From positions 476,264,958 to 476,328,957 of the forward strand of contig NC_133617.1 in assembly GCF_048593235.1 (NCBI RefSeq): a stretch of 64,000 bases of DNA, in the 5' to 3' direction. Positions 1-11,610 of this stretch are shown piece by piece. The position numbers were made by a program, and so were the translations under genes. The DNA is from Sminthopsis crassicaudata (lineage: Eukaryota). The notes under the pieces are model-generated. The model did not search any database and was not told where the DNA came from. It saw only the letters and a list, made by a program, of their open reading frames with translations. Position 1 is the stretch's first letter, and each line of letters opens with the position of its first letter.

Positions 1-245
1 GATTAGACATCAACAATATGCTGTGGGTGACAATCACAATACTGAGATTAAGAGTCATGCTATGATAAATGTGGAAATATGTATAGAAAAATTGCACATG
101 TTTAACATATATTTAATTACTTGCTTCTGGGGGAGGAGCGGGGAGAAGGAAGGGAGAAAAATTTGGAACCCAAGATTTTGCAATGGTGAATATTGAAAAC
201 TATCTTTGCATGTATTTTGAAAATAAAAGACTTATTTTTTTAAAG
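1..245 (+). mobile_element. L1 LINE 3' UTR and tail fragment (older marsupial subfamily)
   Basis: Typical marsupial L1 3' end (tgtggaaatatgtatagaa...tgcacatgtttaac...gggagaaaaatttggaac...aaaataaaa). Homologous to the L1 tails at 47.8 kb and 53.3 kb. Confidence 0.85.
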
Positions 246-1559
246 TCTCATGCTAGCCAGCAACTCTTAAATATGTCTTAGTTATTTTTGCTCCCATTAG
301 TTCACTCATCATTCCCCTTACCTAGAATAGTAATTCCTTTCTCCCTATATTGATATTCAACTATTCTTAAGGTGCTACTGAAATGCCATCTTTTCATGAA
401 GCTCTCCATGATTTCTTACCATCACTCAGAGAGCTTGCCCTCCTCTGAATTTTCAAAGCACTTTGTTCACATTCCAACTCATCCTAGTTATTTGTCTGCA
501 TGTTTGTTCTTTCCTGTTAGATGGTAAACTCCTTAATGGCAGGGACTAGATTTTATCCATCTCAACATTGCCCTTATTCCACCCCTAAATCTGAGCACAA
601 TGCCTTTCATTTGGCAGGTCCATATCATTATCTTTATATCTTTGGCCAGGGAAAATGATGCTTTTTTACCCAGTAGAGTTGGGGAATTTTGCTGATCAAA
701 ACCATACTTTCTTCTCATGCCAAACCTGTGAGCTGTCATTAATGGAACCCATTTGCAAGGTAGCTGACCAGATTGGTGTGGTTCTGATCATGGAAAACAA
801 ACAAACAGACAAAAGAGTAATGGAATCCATGGTCTCCTCATCTTACAAAGGACTCTCCTTAGCCTATTGTAGACTGTTTCATTTCGATAAAGATGGCATC
901 ACTGGTATATCTATGTAGCACATACATTTTGAGTTATCTTCCAATGGGAAGGAGGTAATGGAGGGGGGGGTTGAACTATCTGCATTCCTAATTCATTTTC
1001 ATAAACACTGTTTTATTTTGATTGATGATATTGGGAGAATGAATATCAATTGCCAGATGCAAGTGTTAGGTCTGACAGCTTCAGTTACTCTTTTTAGTAG
1101 TAATAATAGTAGGTCTTCATCTCTACATGGAATTTTGTAGTTTACCAAACATTTTCATTTACCATTTTATTCTCACAATAATTCTCTGAGATAAAATTTT
1201 TAAAAATTGAACATATAAGAAAAACTGATTAATGAAAATCAAACCATTAAGAGCATATAGAGTGCAGGTTTTTAAAAAATATATATATTTACCTTCATTT
1301 CAAAATATATTTCTAACATATGCCCTTCCCAGTGAGCCATTCTTTATATCAAAACAAAACAAAACAAAACCTATAGGGGGAGGGTGGGTAGGAGGTAAGG
1401 AGGAAAAAAGTTCAATACAAACAATGAAGATGTCTAATATGTAACTGTGTATGTGATGTTCTTTACCCATTGAAAGGTTAACATTAGGATCAGAGAAGGG
1501 TACCACTTCCACTTCTATAAAGAAGGAATTGTGATAAAGTTTTTAATCTCTTTTTCAAT

Positions 1560-1810
1560 GACAGGCTTGACTATGGTAATTACATAGAATTAAGTTTTAG
1601 GTTTGTTGTTTTTCCCATTCACATTGTTTTAGTCAGTATGTATAGTATTTTTTCCTAATTATTATATACATTGCCTCAGTTAGTTGAACTCTTTTCATGT
1701 TTCTTTGAATTCTTCACATTCATTGTTTCTTACAGTATAGTAATATTCAATTACATTTATATATGACAATTTTTTTTAGCTATTCTCTAGTTCTTTGCTA
1801 ACAAATATGT
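1560..1810 (-). mobile_element. Old L1 fragment (ORF2 end/3' UTR)
   Basis: Degenerate similarity to the antisense L1 segment (tcattgtttcttacagtatagtaatattc...tttagctattctc) seen better preserved at 20.5 kb. Confidence 0.55.
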
Positions 1811-2134
1811 GTCTTAAAGGTGTAATATCTTATAAGCTCCTTAAGGTCAGAGACTGGATACTTTTTTCTGCATACTGAAGCCTAATGCAGTGCCTTATTC
1901 TTAGGAGATACAATCAATGATCAATCGAATTAAACTAAACAGAAAAAAGTAATCAAATTAAAAGTGGTTTATTAGCTGGTATATTAGTGGAAGTTCAGAA
2001 ATTGTTCAAACCCTCATGGAATAAATAGTGGTCCAGGATGTACAGTTGAAGCATAGGAAGCAATTTAATCATTTGTTGAATTGAATTTATTTTCAGACTA
2101 ATAGATGATAATTCCAGTGAAGAGAAGAAGCTCT

Positions 2135-2320
2135 ATTGTAGTGGAAAGAGCATTGGCTTAGGAATTAAAAGACTGGTTTTACATCCTGTTTCTGCTGCTT
2201 TTTATCAGTACGATCAACTTAGGCAAGTCATTTTACTTCTGAGAACATTTTTCTCATCTGTTAAATGAGAAGGTCAGATGAGGTATTTTCTAGCATTAAA
2301 TGTATGATCTTAGGTTCAGC
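2135..2320 (+). mobile_element. MIR (CORE-SINE)
   Basis: gtagtggaaagagcattgg...ggcaagtca...ttctcatctgttaaatgag matches MIR head and core. Confidence 0.75.
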
Positions 2321-4819
2321 CTAAAAAAGAGAAGTCTTAGAGGCAGCAGCGGCCTGGAGACAACTTTTTACCTGCTCTGAGAACTGATTACTTTTAAATT
2401 TCAGTGTGAACTTTTAAATCTCAGAACTGGGTAAACTCATCTAAGATTTGATTTATTCTTTTGTTGATTATCCTGAGAAAGGGAAGAAGGAAATGTTAAT
2501 AATACAAATTAAATTTAAAACTATGTCATACATACATTTCCTACCTGCCCAGAGAGCAGGTTGTTAAACCTTTATCAACATACTGTTATTTAAAGGGCAA
2601 GAAAGCAACCTTCAGATATTTCTAAGGTTGTCTGGAAGAGACTTGACTTTCTTAGCCCTAGTTATATGCCAGAATGAGGATCTTTCAGTAGAAATTAAAG
2701 AAAGGAAACATCAGATCAACATTAAGAAACTCTATAAAAATAAGGACCAGCCAAAGTGGAAGAGTTTGCATTGGGTGGTAGTGAGTCCTAGAGGTTTTCA
2801 AAAAAGAGATTGAATAGGCACTTATTTGGGATTCTGTAGACAAAATGCATGACTTGGATGAAGTTATGCTCCAAGATTCTTGCTACATCAGATTGTATGA
2901 TTCATGGATAAAATAATGCCAAATAATCTAGGATTAATCCTTTCAATAAAAACACTCTGGAGTAGGCAATTAAGAGAGATGAGAAAAAGGACTAATCATG
3001 CCATATTTATTTCAATCATTAAATAGCTCAGTAACTCTAATAAATTTTTCTCAAATTGAGGAATAAAGCTGGTTTTTAAGAATTTAATTGAATGGATGAA
3101 AAGACATTTATTTATAAACCTCTCTTTATAAACCAGACACTATACTAAGCTCTGGAGTGACAATAAACTAATAATCTAAGTAGTTCCTCTCCTCAAAGAA
3201 GGGAAGCAAGCTCAGAGCAGGGAGCGGGAAGTAAAAATCAGGGTGCAGAGAAAATACCAGAGAAAAGGAGCATGGTTTGGAAATGTCTGGGGAGTACATA
3301 ATAGGTCAGACTCAGCTAGATAAATTGAGAACTTGTTAATCCGAACCCAGGTCCCCTGGGATAAGAGTTTGATTTCAAGGAAAGGAAGAGGGTAGGGAAT
3401 ACCCAAAATGTAGGCTGCACTTGGAAAAGGAAATGAAGAACTAAGAGTTGAGGAAGGTGATTGAAAAAGTGTATATTTCCTGAATAAACAGATCTAAGGA
3501 AGTTAATTGGTATATCATTCTCTCATGGTATACCTATGAGGGAATTGGCACTTAATTTTTTGATCAGTTTTCTGAAGGCAAATGTTTGGGGATGGGTGTC
3601 TAGAGACTCCTTTTGTCCTATTTTCTCTGACTTCCAAAAGATCAAAGATCTAGTGCTAGAAAGTATCTTAAAGGTCAGCTAGTTCCACTCTCAAACTTGT
3701 AGGAGTTAAATGACCCGTCCAAGGTCATTCAGATTGTACATGGTACACCCAGAAAGTTGAACTCAGCTCCTGTGAGTTCAGGTTCAGTTATCTTTTACTA
3801 GTTCTATCTTCATATACACTCTTTAGGGATCTGTGCCCAAGGATTTGAGAAATGAAATAATTAGGCTTTACTGTATGGTGTGGTGAACATCAAAGACTCT
3901 CCTGGGGCACAATCCCAAATTTTCACCCCAATCCTCAAGTGAACTCTTTCCTTGAGAGTAGGACAGTGAGCATCCAATCATCTCACCTGTCAAACTCTTC
4001 TCTAAAGATGAAATACAGATGAGCAGGAGAGATTGACTCAGCCCCCATGGAACTCCAGTGAGTAAAGAAAAATGAGATCTCACTGGGCCAGAAAGGCTTC
4101 TTATTCTGGAGAAAGACTTTGCTTTTCTGTTTTAAATGGAAGTGCTTGCACTGATGAAACATATGCATCTCTGTAAACCTGGCTTCCTAGCTACTGTTGC
4201 AGCTTCCTGTCCTACCCAGGATAGATGTCTCTGTTCCCCACCCAGCCTGTTCACAGGCTGAGGTTTTCTCCTCAGTAGGTCAGTATGTATCTCGGGATGT
4301 TAGCTGAGATCAGTGGTTTCAATGTTGGGTTTTCTTAACTGGGCGAGGACTTTTTGAACCAAACTACAGAGCTGAAATTTTTCTCAAAATAGAGGAGAAC
4401 TGGTTCTTGGGGAGTTAAAAATAGAGCTCTGTGGAGTGGCTGAACTAGTATGCCTACCCAACTCTTGCCTAAGGAGAAGGGTGGATTGGGATGGAAATTT
4501 GGGATTCTGCCCCAGAGAGTCTTTGATGTACATCAAGCTATCCAGTAAAACCTGATTGTTTCATTTTCCAAACTACTAGATTCAGAAATAATGTTTCCTT
4601 CAGAAACAAAGTGCATCTTAATATGTAGACATGAAACCACTGAGTTACAAGTTAAGGGAAAAGCTGGGGTCAGGATCCTAGCTGAGTCTTTATCATTTGT
4701 CAGTTTTCTAAAATTTGTGGTTAGGTTTTCACACATTCCTGCCTCAGTCAATTTGTGCATAATAAATGTTTAATATTTAAGGTATTTGTTGTAAAATAGC
4801 TAATCGGTTGGATTAAATG

Positions 4820-5090
4820 GCCTCTGAACTGTGCTTAATGGAGTGAGGAAGATCTGAATTTTAAGCCCCGCCCTTTTGCATTTACTAGTTATGTGATTGT
4901 GAACAAATCATTTAACCTCTCTGAGGCTGTTTCCTCATCTATAAAGTGAAGGAATAATGTTGGGATAAGTGTCATGCCTTATACATTTCATAAATTACTT
5001 CTCTCCTCACACCTGTTTGTAATAGTGGGCTCAAATGAGGAAAGGCATCATATAAAGCACTTTACAAATTCAAAAGTGCAATGTGATTGT
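4820..5090 (+). mobile_element. MIR (CORE-SINE), interrupted by a short foreign segment
   Basis: gtgattgtgaacaaatcatttaacctctctgaggctgtttcctcatctataaagtg, then tail taaagcactttacaaa; about 60 bp of non-MIR sequence at 4959-5018. Confidence 0.7.
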
Positions 5091-5194
5091 CAGAGCTTAG
5101 TTTAAGGATTACTTTTCCACTGATAGTTACTCCAGGAAAAAAATAGGCTTCTTAAGGACAGAGACTGGTTTCTTTTCTCTGTATTTTTATGTTT

Positions 5195-5510
5195 CCAATC
5201 AGTCAACAAGTATGAATTAATCACCTACTAGGTGCCAAGCATTGTGCTAAATACTAAGGATACAGAAACAGAAGTGAGACCAAAAACAAACAAAAAGCTA
5301 AAAAGCTCTCACCCTCAAGGTACTTATATTCAATGGGGAAAGATTCCCAATCTCCATTACATAAGTGTACACAAAATTAATTCTTTAGCATTTTAGGCAG
5401 GGCATTAACAATTAGGGGTTAGGAAAGAGACTCTAGAAATATTTCTAGAAAGAAGTAATTCTTGAAAGGATCTTTCAAGGGAACTAGGCAGAGGGGAGAA
5501 AGGAGCACAT
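5195..5510 (-). mobile_element. L2 LINE 3' fragment
   Basis: tcaacaagtatgaattaatcacctactaggtgccaagcattgtgcta is the reverse complement of the L2 3' terminus. Confidence 0.65.
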
Positions 5511-6084
5511 TGAGGTATCCCCCAACATGAAATTGTTATTATTGTTGTCATAATTCTTGTTGTTGCAATTGCTATTAGTAGCGCAATACTAACAACTCAG
5601 ATACTCCCGGAACTTGGATAAGCAATCAACAGACTATAGCAATCACTATACCCTACAGATTGCTTTTATCCTTGATTAAAATGCTTTTAACAGGACCACA
5701 ACTTAACACCATTAGCCGAGTTGGAATCACCACATTGCAGATAGCTAAGAGTATCAAGCCATCATTTCTTCTAAAATGGTTTCTACAATCTCAGCCTAAC
5801 TGATCTGGGTGGGGGGATCGGGGTGGGGGATGGTGGAAGGGGACATTCCAGAGCCTGCCAGTCAATTAAAGTCTGACTGCATTCGTTTATATAATGAGTC
5901 ATTTCTTGGGCTAATACTAAGCAGTGTCTAGAATAGAGTAGATGCTAAATAAATGTTTATGGAAATGGGGGGGAAAAGACAAAATACACATAAAAAGCTT
6001 CCTGGGCTTTTTGAAGGGAGTGAAAGGCAAGGGGAAATCTCTTGACTCTCTCTTGAAACAATTTAATTCATTATAGCCCCAAGC

Positions 6085-6140
6085 CTAAAAAACCTTGACC
6101 TTGTTAGCACTAATGCTCTAACCCACTGAACTAACCTGCT
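6085..6140 (-). mobile_element. tRNA-Ile-like SINE head fragment (MIR1_Amn-like)
   Basis: Reverse complement ggttagttcagtgggttagagcattagtgctaacaaggtcaagg resembles tRNA-Ile(AAT) ggttagctcagttggttagagcgtggtgctaataacgccaagg. The B-box and acceptor stem are lost. Confidence 0.55.
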
Positions 6141-7434
6141 CTGGCTCTGCCCCACCATGGTACACAGAGAATCCTTTTGTTTAAAAAGGGGAAGAGGAGA
6201 GAGGGAGGAGTGGAACATGAGACCTGCTGAAGTCACTGTCCCTTTCATTAACAGATTCCTCCTACTCAGGGAGTGTTGCAGAAGTCGGCCAAAGGCCTGG
6301 AGTGATGCACTCTTCAGACCTCGGAGGATGCATTCTGGAAGCCACAACATTTTTGCTGCTTCTGCAAGAAAGGGCAGGTTTGCAAGTCCTTTAGGGAATC
6401 AGAACCGCCTTGTAACAGCTCAGGAATGTGTGTGTTTGTCCTACTGTCCAATAATAACAACCCTGAGTCATTTGGGATCTAAGAGACCGTTGGCAGGTCC
6501 ACATTCTCCCTTACTGAGAATGCTTTTTGCTCTGAAATTCAAAGGGCTCTCTCCTGTGGCCTCTGTACCTATATGGCAAACTTTGTAATAACCAGGAGAA
6601 ACTTTCGCATCTCAGCAGACCAAGGGATCCAGAGCAGGACTCAGGAGCAAAGGGGGATGTAGATTCAGCGGCTGTGACTCACTGTGTAGGTGACTAACAA
6701 CTTCACCTACAAAACTAAGATTTGTTTGACCTAATTCCCAGCACAGAAGCTGAGGCCATTAGTGATCAGATTAGTGGTAAGAGACAGAGGAGACCTTAAA
6801 AAGGAATAAAGTTGGGATAAGTGTCAGGCCTTATACATTTTTACAAATATTTCTCTCTTCACACCTATTTGCCATTACTCAATTACCTTTGTACAGTAGG
6901 ACCTCATTAACTCAGTCTCCATTAGCTCAGAATTTATGATTCTTAGGGGGCCTCTGCAAACCTCTACTGTGAAATCGGGTTGTTAAGCAAATTAGTATCA
7001 ACAAGATTGTAAGGGGCGTGATTAACCTGCTTAAGAGAATAAGCTGTGTAATAGGTGATCTTGTGTGGTTAATAGTATGAAACAGATAGGTTCATTTCAA
7101 ATCTTTCTTATCCATGTCTCATGGAAATGTCCCAAGGCCATCTCTCCCCTCAGAAGGGTAAATAATACTCTTTTTTTCCTTCCCCCTGAGTCCTTCTCCC
7201 CTTATTTATTATTTTTATTTGGGTGAAAACTGGTTGATATGAATATCAAATATAGTCTTGAAAGGAAGAGATCAACTAATACTTATTGTGTCTACTATGT
7301 GCCAGAACCTGACAAAACAGACAAAATTATAAAGTCATTGAATTTAGACCTGGAAAGGATCTTAAAGAGCATATTCAAACCATAGCATTAGGAAGATGAA
7401 ATCCTGTGAAATTAAATAACTTGCCCGGAGTCAC

Positions 7435-7670
7435 GAAGGTTGTTGTGGTTCATCCATTTCAGTCATGTTCATCTTCATGATCAGGGTTTTCTTAGCAAAG
7501 ACACTGAAGTGACCTGCTATTTTCTTCTCCAGCTTGTTTTACAAATGAGGAAACTGAGGCAAACAGGATTAAGTGACTTTCCCAGGGTCACACAGTTACT
7601 GAGGTGAGATTTGAACTCAGGTAAATGAATCTTCCTGACTCCAGGGGAGGTCCTGACTATATAGTACCTA
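7435..7670 (-). mobile_element. Mar1-type CORE-SINE
   Basis: CORE block (gaggaaactgaggcaaacagg...aagtgactt) plus the marsupial RTE-like tail (ttttcttagcaaagacactgaagtg...ttcttctccagct). Confidence 0.75.
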
Positions 7671-8199
7671 GTTATTCCTGTGCCACCAACACAAAAGGTC
7701 CTAAGTGGCCCAATTCTGACGCCAAATTTAGTGTTCTTTCTATGAAAATACACAGTTTCTAAATAATAACTGGAAGGATTACCGGCTAGCTAGGGAACAC
7801 TCATTTGATAGCCTGTGACAGGCTCAAGGAAGTCTAACTGGATACTCTTAAATACTCTGAAAATAGAGATGAGAATAACTATTGTAACTATTTCACAGGG
7901 TTGTAGAGGTATATAAAATACTTCATCAATCCTTTTTTGCTGGTAGAAATCAATCCAATTGGTGTGTGGTGAACTCCTGGTGGCTTTCAAACAATATAGC
8001 TCAGCACCTTTTCTGAGTCTTAAAGTCCAATTGTTTGGGGCATTAAGGGGTGAAGTGATCGACCCATAAGTAGGATGTATAAAAAGTGGTACTTGGAACT
8101 CAGGTCTTTTTAACTATGAGTTCAGGTCACTATCTATCATAATAAGCTGTGTCTATAAACCTTAGAATTCTGCATAAATGGTATTTATTACTATAGCAA

Positions 8200-8708
8200 T
8201 GTAACCCTTGGTTAAAGGTTCCAGTTATATGGAACTCTTGCCTCCTTGGTGGTGCTTGATTACTCAGTGTACCAAATCTGTATGGAGAATGAGTGGAGTT
8301 GGTTAAGAGCAGGAGAGAAGAGAGGGATTCCTTGTCTTCCATTTTTGAGAAAAGAGATATACCATCCCGACTTCTGTTCAGGCCTCAGAAGGGAAAGAAA
8401 GACTTTGAGAAGAAGTTGATATGTAGAGGAGCTGACAGTCTCTATTATATCCCTATCTCCAACTTGCTTCAGTAGAGACTTTGGTGAATTTCCCATTAAT
8501 GGAAACTCTTTCTATTTAATTTCCATTTAAAGGAGACTCTTTCTCTTCGTTGAACTGAGTCATTTCATTCCCAATGGAAAAGGTCTTTCATTCTCTATTG
8601 TTTGATATATATTCTCCCACATATACTATTTCTGATTTATGTTTATGTTTTGTTTACTCGAATAAATGAGTTTTTTTTTCCCTTTGTGTGTTCATTATGA
8701 AACTCACA
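8200..8708 (+). mobile_element. Probable solo LTR
   Basis: TG start (tgtaacc at 8200) and CA end, about 500 bp, AATAAA near the 3' end. No clear TSD. Confidence 0.5.
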
Positions 8709-8799
8709 TGTTGCAGTGAAGCCTTGTAGAACTTAGGATTTTCCTTTTCCATTAAGGAATAAAGATAAAAAAAATATGATAGATTTAGCTCTTCTTGGC

Positions 8800-9030
8800 A
8801 ATAAATTGATCCAAGACAATTCCAATAGACTTGGGATGGAAAATGCCATTTGCATCCTAAGAGAGAACTATGGAGACTGAATATAATATTTTCACCTTAA
8901 AAAAAAAAATTTTGCTTTTTCTTATCGTTTTCCCTTTTGTTCTGATTTTTCTTTCACAACAAGGCTAATATGGAAACATGTTTTAAATAATTTACACAGT
9001 ACAGGTATAACCTAAATCAGATTGCTTTAT
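8800..9030 (+). mobile_element. Old L1 3' UTR fragment
   Basis: ttgatccaagacaattcc...ggaaaatgccatttgcatcc...agagagaactatgg...taatatggaaacatgttt, the same L1 3' UTR as at 47.9 kb and 53.1 kb. Confidence 0.7.
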
Positions 9031-9153
9031 TTTTTTTTTTTAAGGAAAAGGAGGAGGAGCAGAGTGAGAGAAAGAGAGACAGAGGGAGAGAGAGAAAAAA
9101 AGAGAGATTTATTCTTGCCTTCTTTGAAATATCTAGATGGACTGAAGTGGGCA

Positions 9154-9299
9154 TATATAAACTACTTAGGCACAAAACAAAACAGCACCCACACCACCAC
9201 AAAACAATGACTTTGACCTTAGTCCTTCTCCATGACCAGCTTCCTCCCCAGTCACTGCTCAGCACTAGCAGCTTATGATCAAACAAAGCTGAGGTAAGC
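9154..9299 (+). promoter_or_regulatory. Candidate TATA promoter and short first exon ending at a GTAAGC donor
   Basis: TATATAAA at 9154-9161; TGACTTTGACCT at 9208-9219 (reverse AGGTCAAAGTCA, nuclear-receptor DR1/HNF4-like); GAG|GTAAGC donor at 9293/9294. Motif evidence only. Confidence 0.25.
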
Positions 9300-10573
9300 A
9301 ATCATCCTAATTCACAGCACTCTAGGATCAGAATATATATATATATATATAAACAATTCCTGACATATAGTAGGCACTGTAAAAAAAAAAATGCTAATTG
9401 ACTTGACTTGTTATATCATTAGTCTCACTGGAGTGACTGCCTTGCAGATATCTGAAAAAAACCAAACTATTATTTCCTTGAAAATAGTCTCTATTAATTC
9501 AGCATACTTTTTGAGGGAATGGAGGTGGGGTAAGGGGAAGTCCAGTTAATTAAAGTCTGACTACATTAGTTTATATAATGAGTCATTTTCTTGTGTTAAT
9601 ACTGAGTTTGAACATAATAGAATTTTGAGCTACGATTTTGGAAACATGACATGCAAATCTATACAAATTAACCACCATCCTATATTTGATCCAATTATTT
9701 TGACTGCTTTCATCTTAAATTTGTTTGAATGATTCTTTTGGGAAGGAGAGAAACTACCCTCACTTCCTCAGAGGGAAGGCGCTGTTTTTTCTGTTGGAAG
9801 TGGAATGGAAAGTTCAATTTTTTTCTCTGAGGAATTACTTATTTCCAGGTAGAGACTACACTTTAGCAAAAGGTGCCTTGCTTCTTATCCCAGGTGTCTA
9901 ACTCTCTTAATATTGCACAGGAAAGCATTTACTAAGTAAGCTTTTACTGAGGGCTAAGCATCCATTGCAATCAAGGTAGTTGCCTCTCCTCAAGGTGTTT
10001 GCATCAGAATAAGGGAAAATAGCACAAAGAGGGGAATAACAGACAAGGGTTTTGGATAGGAAGTCAGAGAGAGGGGTGAGTGACCATAAGACAGTTGATT
10101 GGCATTCTTTTTCCATAAAGGGGAGGGGGATTAATCTGATTATTGATCTCAAAACTAGAGTTGGAAAGTGAATATGGAAGAAGGGGAGAGAAGGAAGAAG
10201 ATAAGGATGGAGATAGCATGGAAGTAGCAAATTTTGTCTGAGTCTGGACAAGAAATAGTGAATGTCCATCAAGTGTAAACCCAGAGTACTAGGATGGAAG
10301 TTTGAAGTAGAAGACCGAAAGTGGGACTGGAGCACTTAAAACACAGTGACTTGAAAATGATTAAAACATTCAGTAGAATGACCCTTCATTCAATGCTCTC
10401 TTAATATCTTCTCCCCACCCTTTATCCCTGGTGTTGATTTAGTAAATGCCTTGTATGTCTATGTATGTGATACCTGCATTTAATTTTGGTGATATATCTA
10501 ACAACTAATATGATAGGTTATACTTTGAAAATTATTATGGATGTTATACTTTGGAAGTCATTGGACTCATCCA

Positions 10574-10727
10574 TTTTATTTATTTATTTATTGCTGAGGC
10601 AATTGGGGTTAAGTGATTTGCCCAGGGTCATACAGCCAGGAAGTGTTAAGTATCTAGGGTCATATTTGAACTCAGGTCCTCCTGACTTCAGGGCTGATGT
10701 TCTATCTACTGCACTACCTAGCTGCCC
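10574..10727 (-). mobile_element. WSINE1-type short CORE-SINE
   Basis: Reverse complement of gggcagctaggtagtgcagtagataga...caaatcacttaaccccaattgcctcagcaa with a (TTTA)n tail. Confidence 0.9.
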
Positions 10728-11163
10728 TTTATGCTTCATTATATAGATGAGAAAACTGAGGCACAAAAAATTAAGTGACTTACCCAGGATCACATAGGAG
10801 ATACCTGAAGCAGGATTTGAATCCATAACTCCCTGATTTTACTGACTCCAATGTTCCATCCATTTAACCCCACTGCCTCTTGCACAGATGTTAAATACTA
10901 GGGATGGTTTTGGATTCAGTTCTTGGGGCTCCAAGTTGCACTTATTCTATTATGAGATTCTGTCTAGGAAGAGCTCTTAGAAGGGAGTAGGTAGAGATAA
11001 ATTAGGCCCTTTTAAAAACTTTTTTAAATTAATGATTTCATCAGTATTAAAGAATGTCCAAGGAGGAAACTCTTACCTATGCAATTACCTTGAGAACTTA
11101 AAGGACTTGCCCAGAGTCGCATAGTCAGGGGATGGAAGGACTTGAATCTTGGTTGTCCTGGAT

Positions 11164-11166
<3 letters not shown>

Positions 11167-11219
<53 letters not shown>
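11167..11219. repeat. (CA)n microsatellite
   Basis: Perfect dinucleotide run seen directly. Confidence 0.98.
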
Positions 11220-11223
<4 letters not shown>

Positions 11224-11318
11224 ACTTGCCTGATTTCAGAAATGCTATTGGCTAATAACTAAAAGTCCACCGGAATTTTATCCCTCTAACTCCAATGCCT
11301 ATCAAAATGTTTTATCAA

Positions 11319-11464
11319 GGGGCAGCTAGGTGGCTCAGTGGATAGAGCACCAGCCCTGAAGTCAGGAGGACCTGAGTTCAAATCTGACCTCAGACATTAA
11401 CACTTCCTAGCTGTGTGACCCTGGGCAAGTCACTTAACCCCAGCCTCAAAAAAAAAAAAAAAAA
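11319..11464 (+). mobile_element. WSINE1-type short CORE-SINE (young)
   Basis: ggggcagctaggtggctcagtggatagagcacc...taaccccagcctc plus A17; flanked by an imperfect TSD aaaatgttttatcaa / aaaagttatatcaa. Confidence 0.92.
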
Positions 11465-11610
11465 GTTATATCAAAAGTGGGATAAATCTTCAAGATTCTA
11501 CGTGTATCAGAGGGTACAGAAAGGGTTTTTTAATCCTCTTCTGAGAGGGGGATTTTATAAGGAAGGAACACAGGAAACCAAAAATCCAAGAGGGAACCTT
11601 TTGTTTGCAG

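Noticed and set aside
618-918. About 100-codon open frame at the window start as an exon
   Set aside because: The donors are weak, the peptide is unrecognisable and the region is flanked by L2-like relics; it cannot be supported without homology or RNA data.
5515-5800. NUMT, viral glycoprotein or signal-peptide-like segment (EIVIIVVIILVVAIAIS...)
   Set aside because: The hydrophobic stretch comes from a decayed (ATT/GTT)n repeat; no mitochondrial or viral protein was recognisable in six frames; the distal part is paralogous to 9260-9600, so it is host-derived. A blastx would be the decisive test.
6085-6140. Functional tRNA-Ile gene
   Set aside because: Only the 5' half is similar; there is no intact B-box, T-arm or acceptor stem.
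6270-6385. Minus-strand KQQKCCGFQN as a tetraspanin CCG exon
   Set aside because: The frame stops after 15 codons with no good donor, and no other tetraspanin exons are seen.
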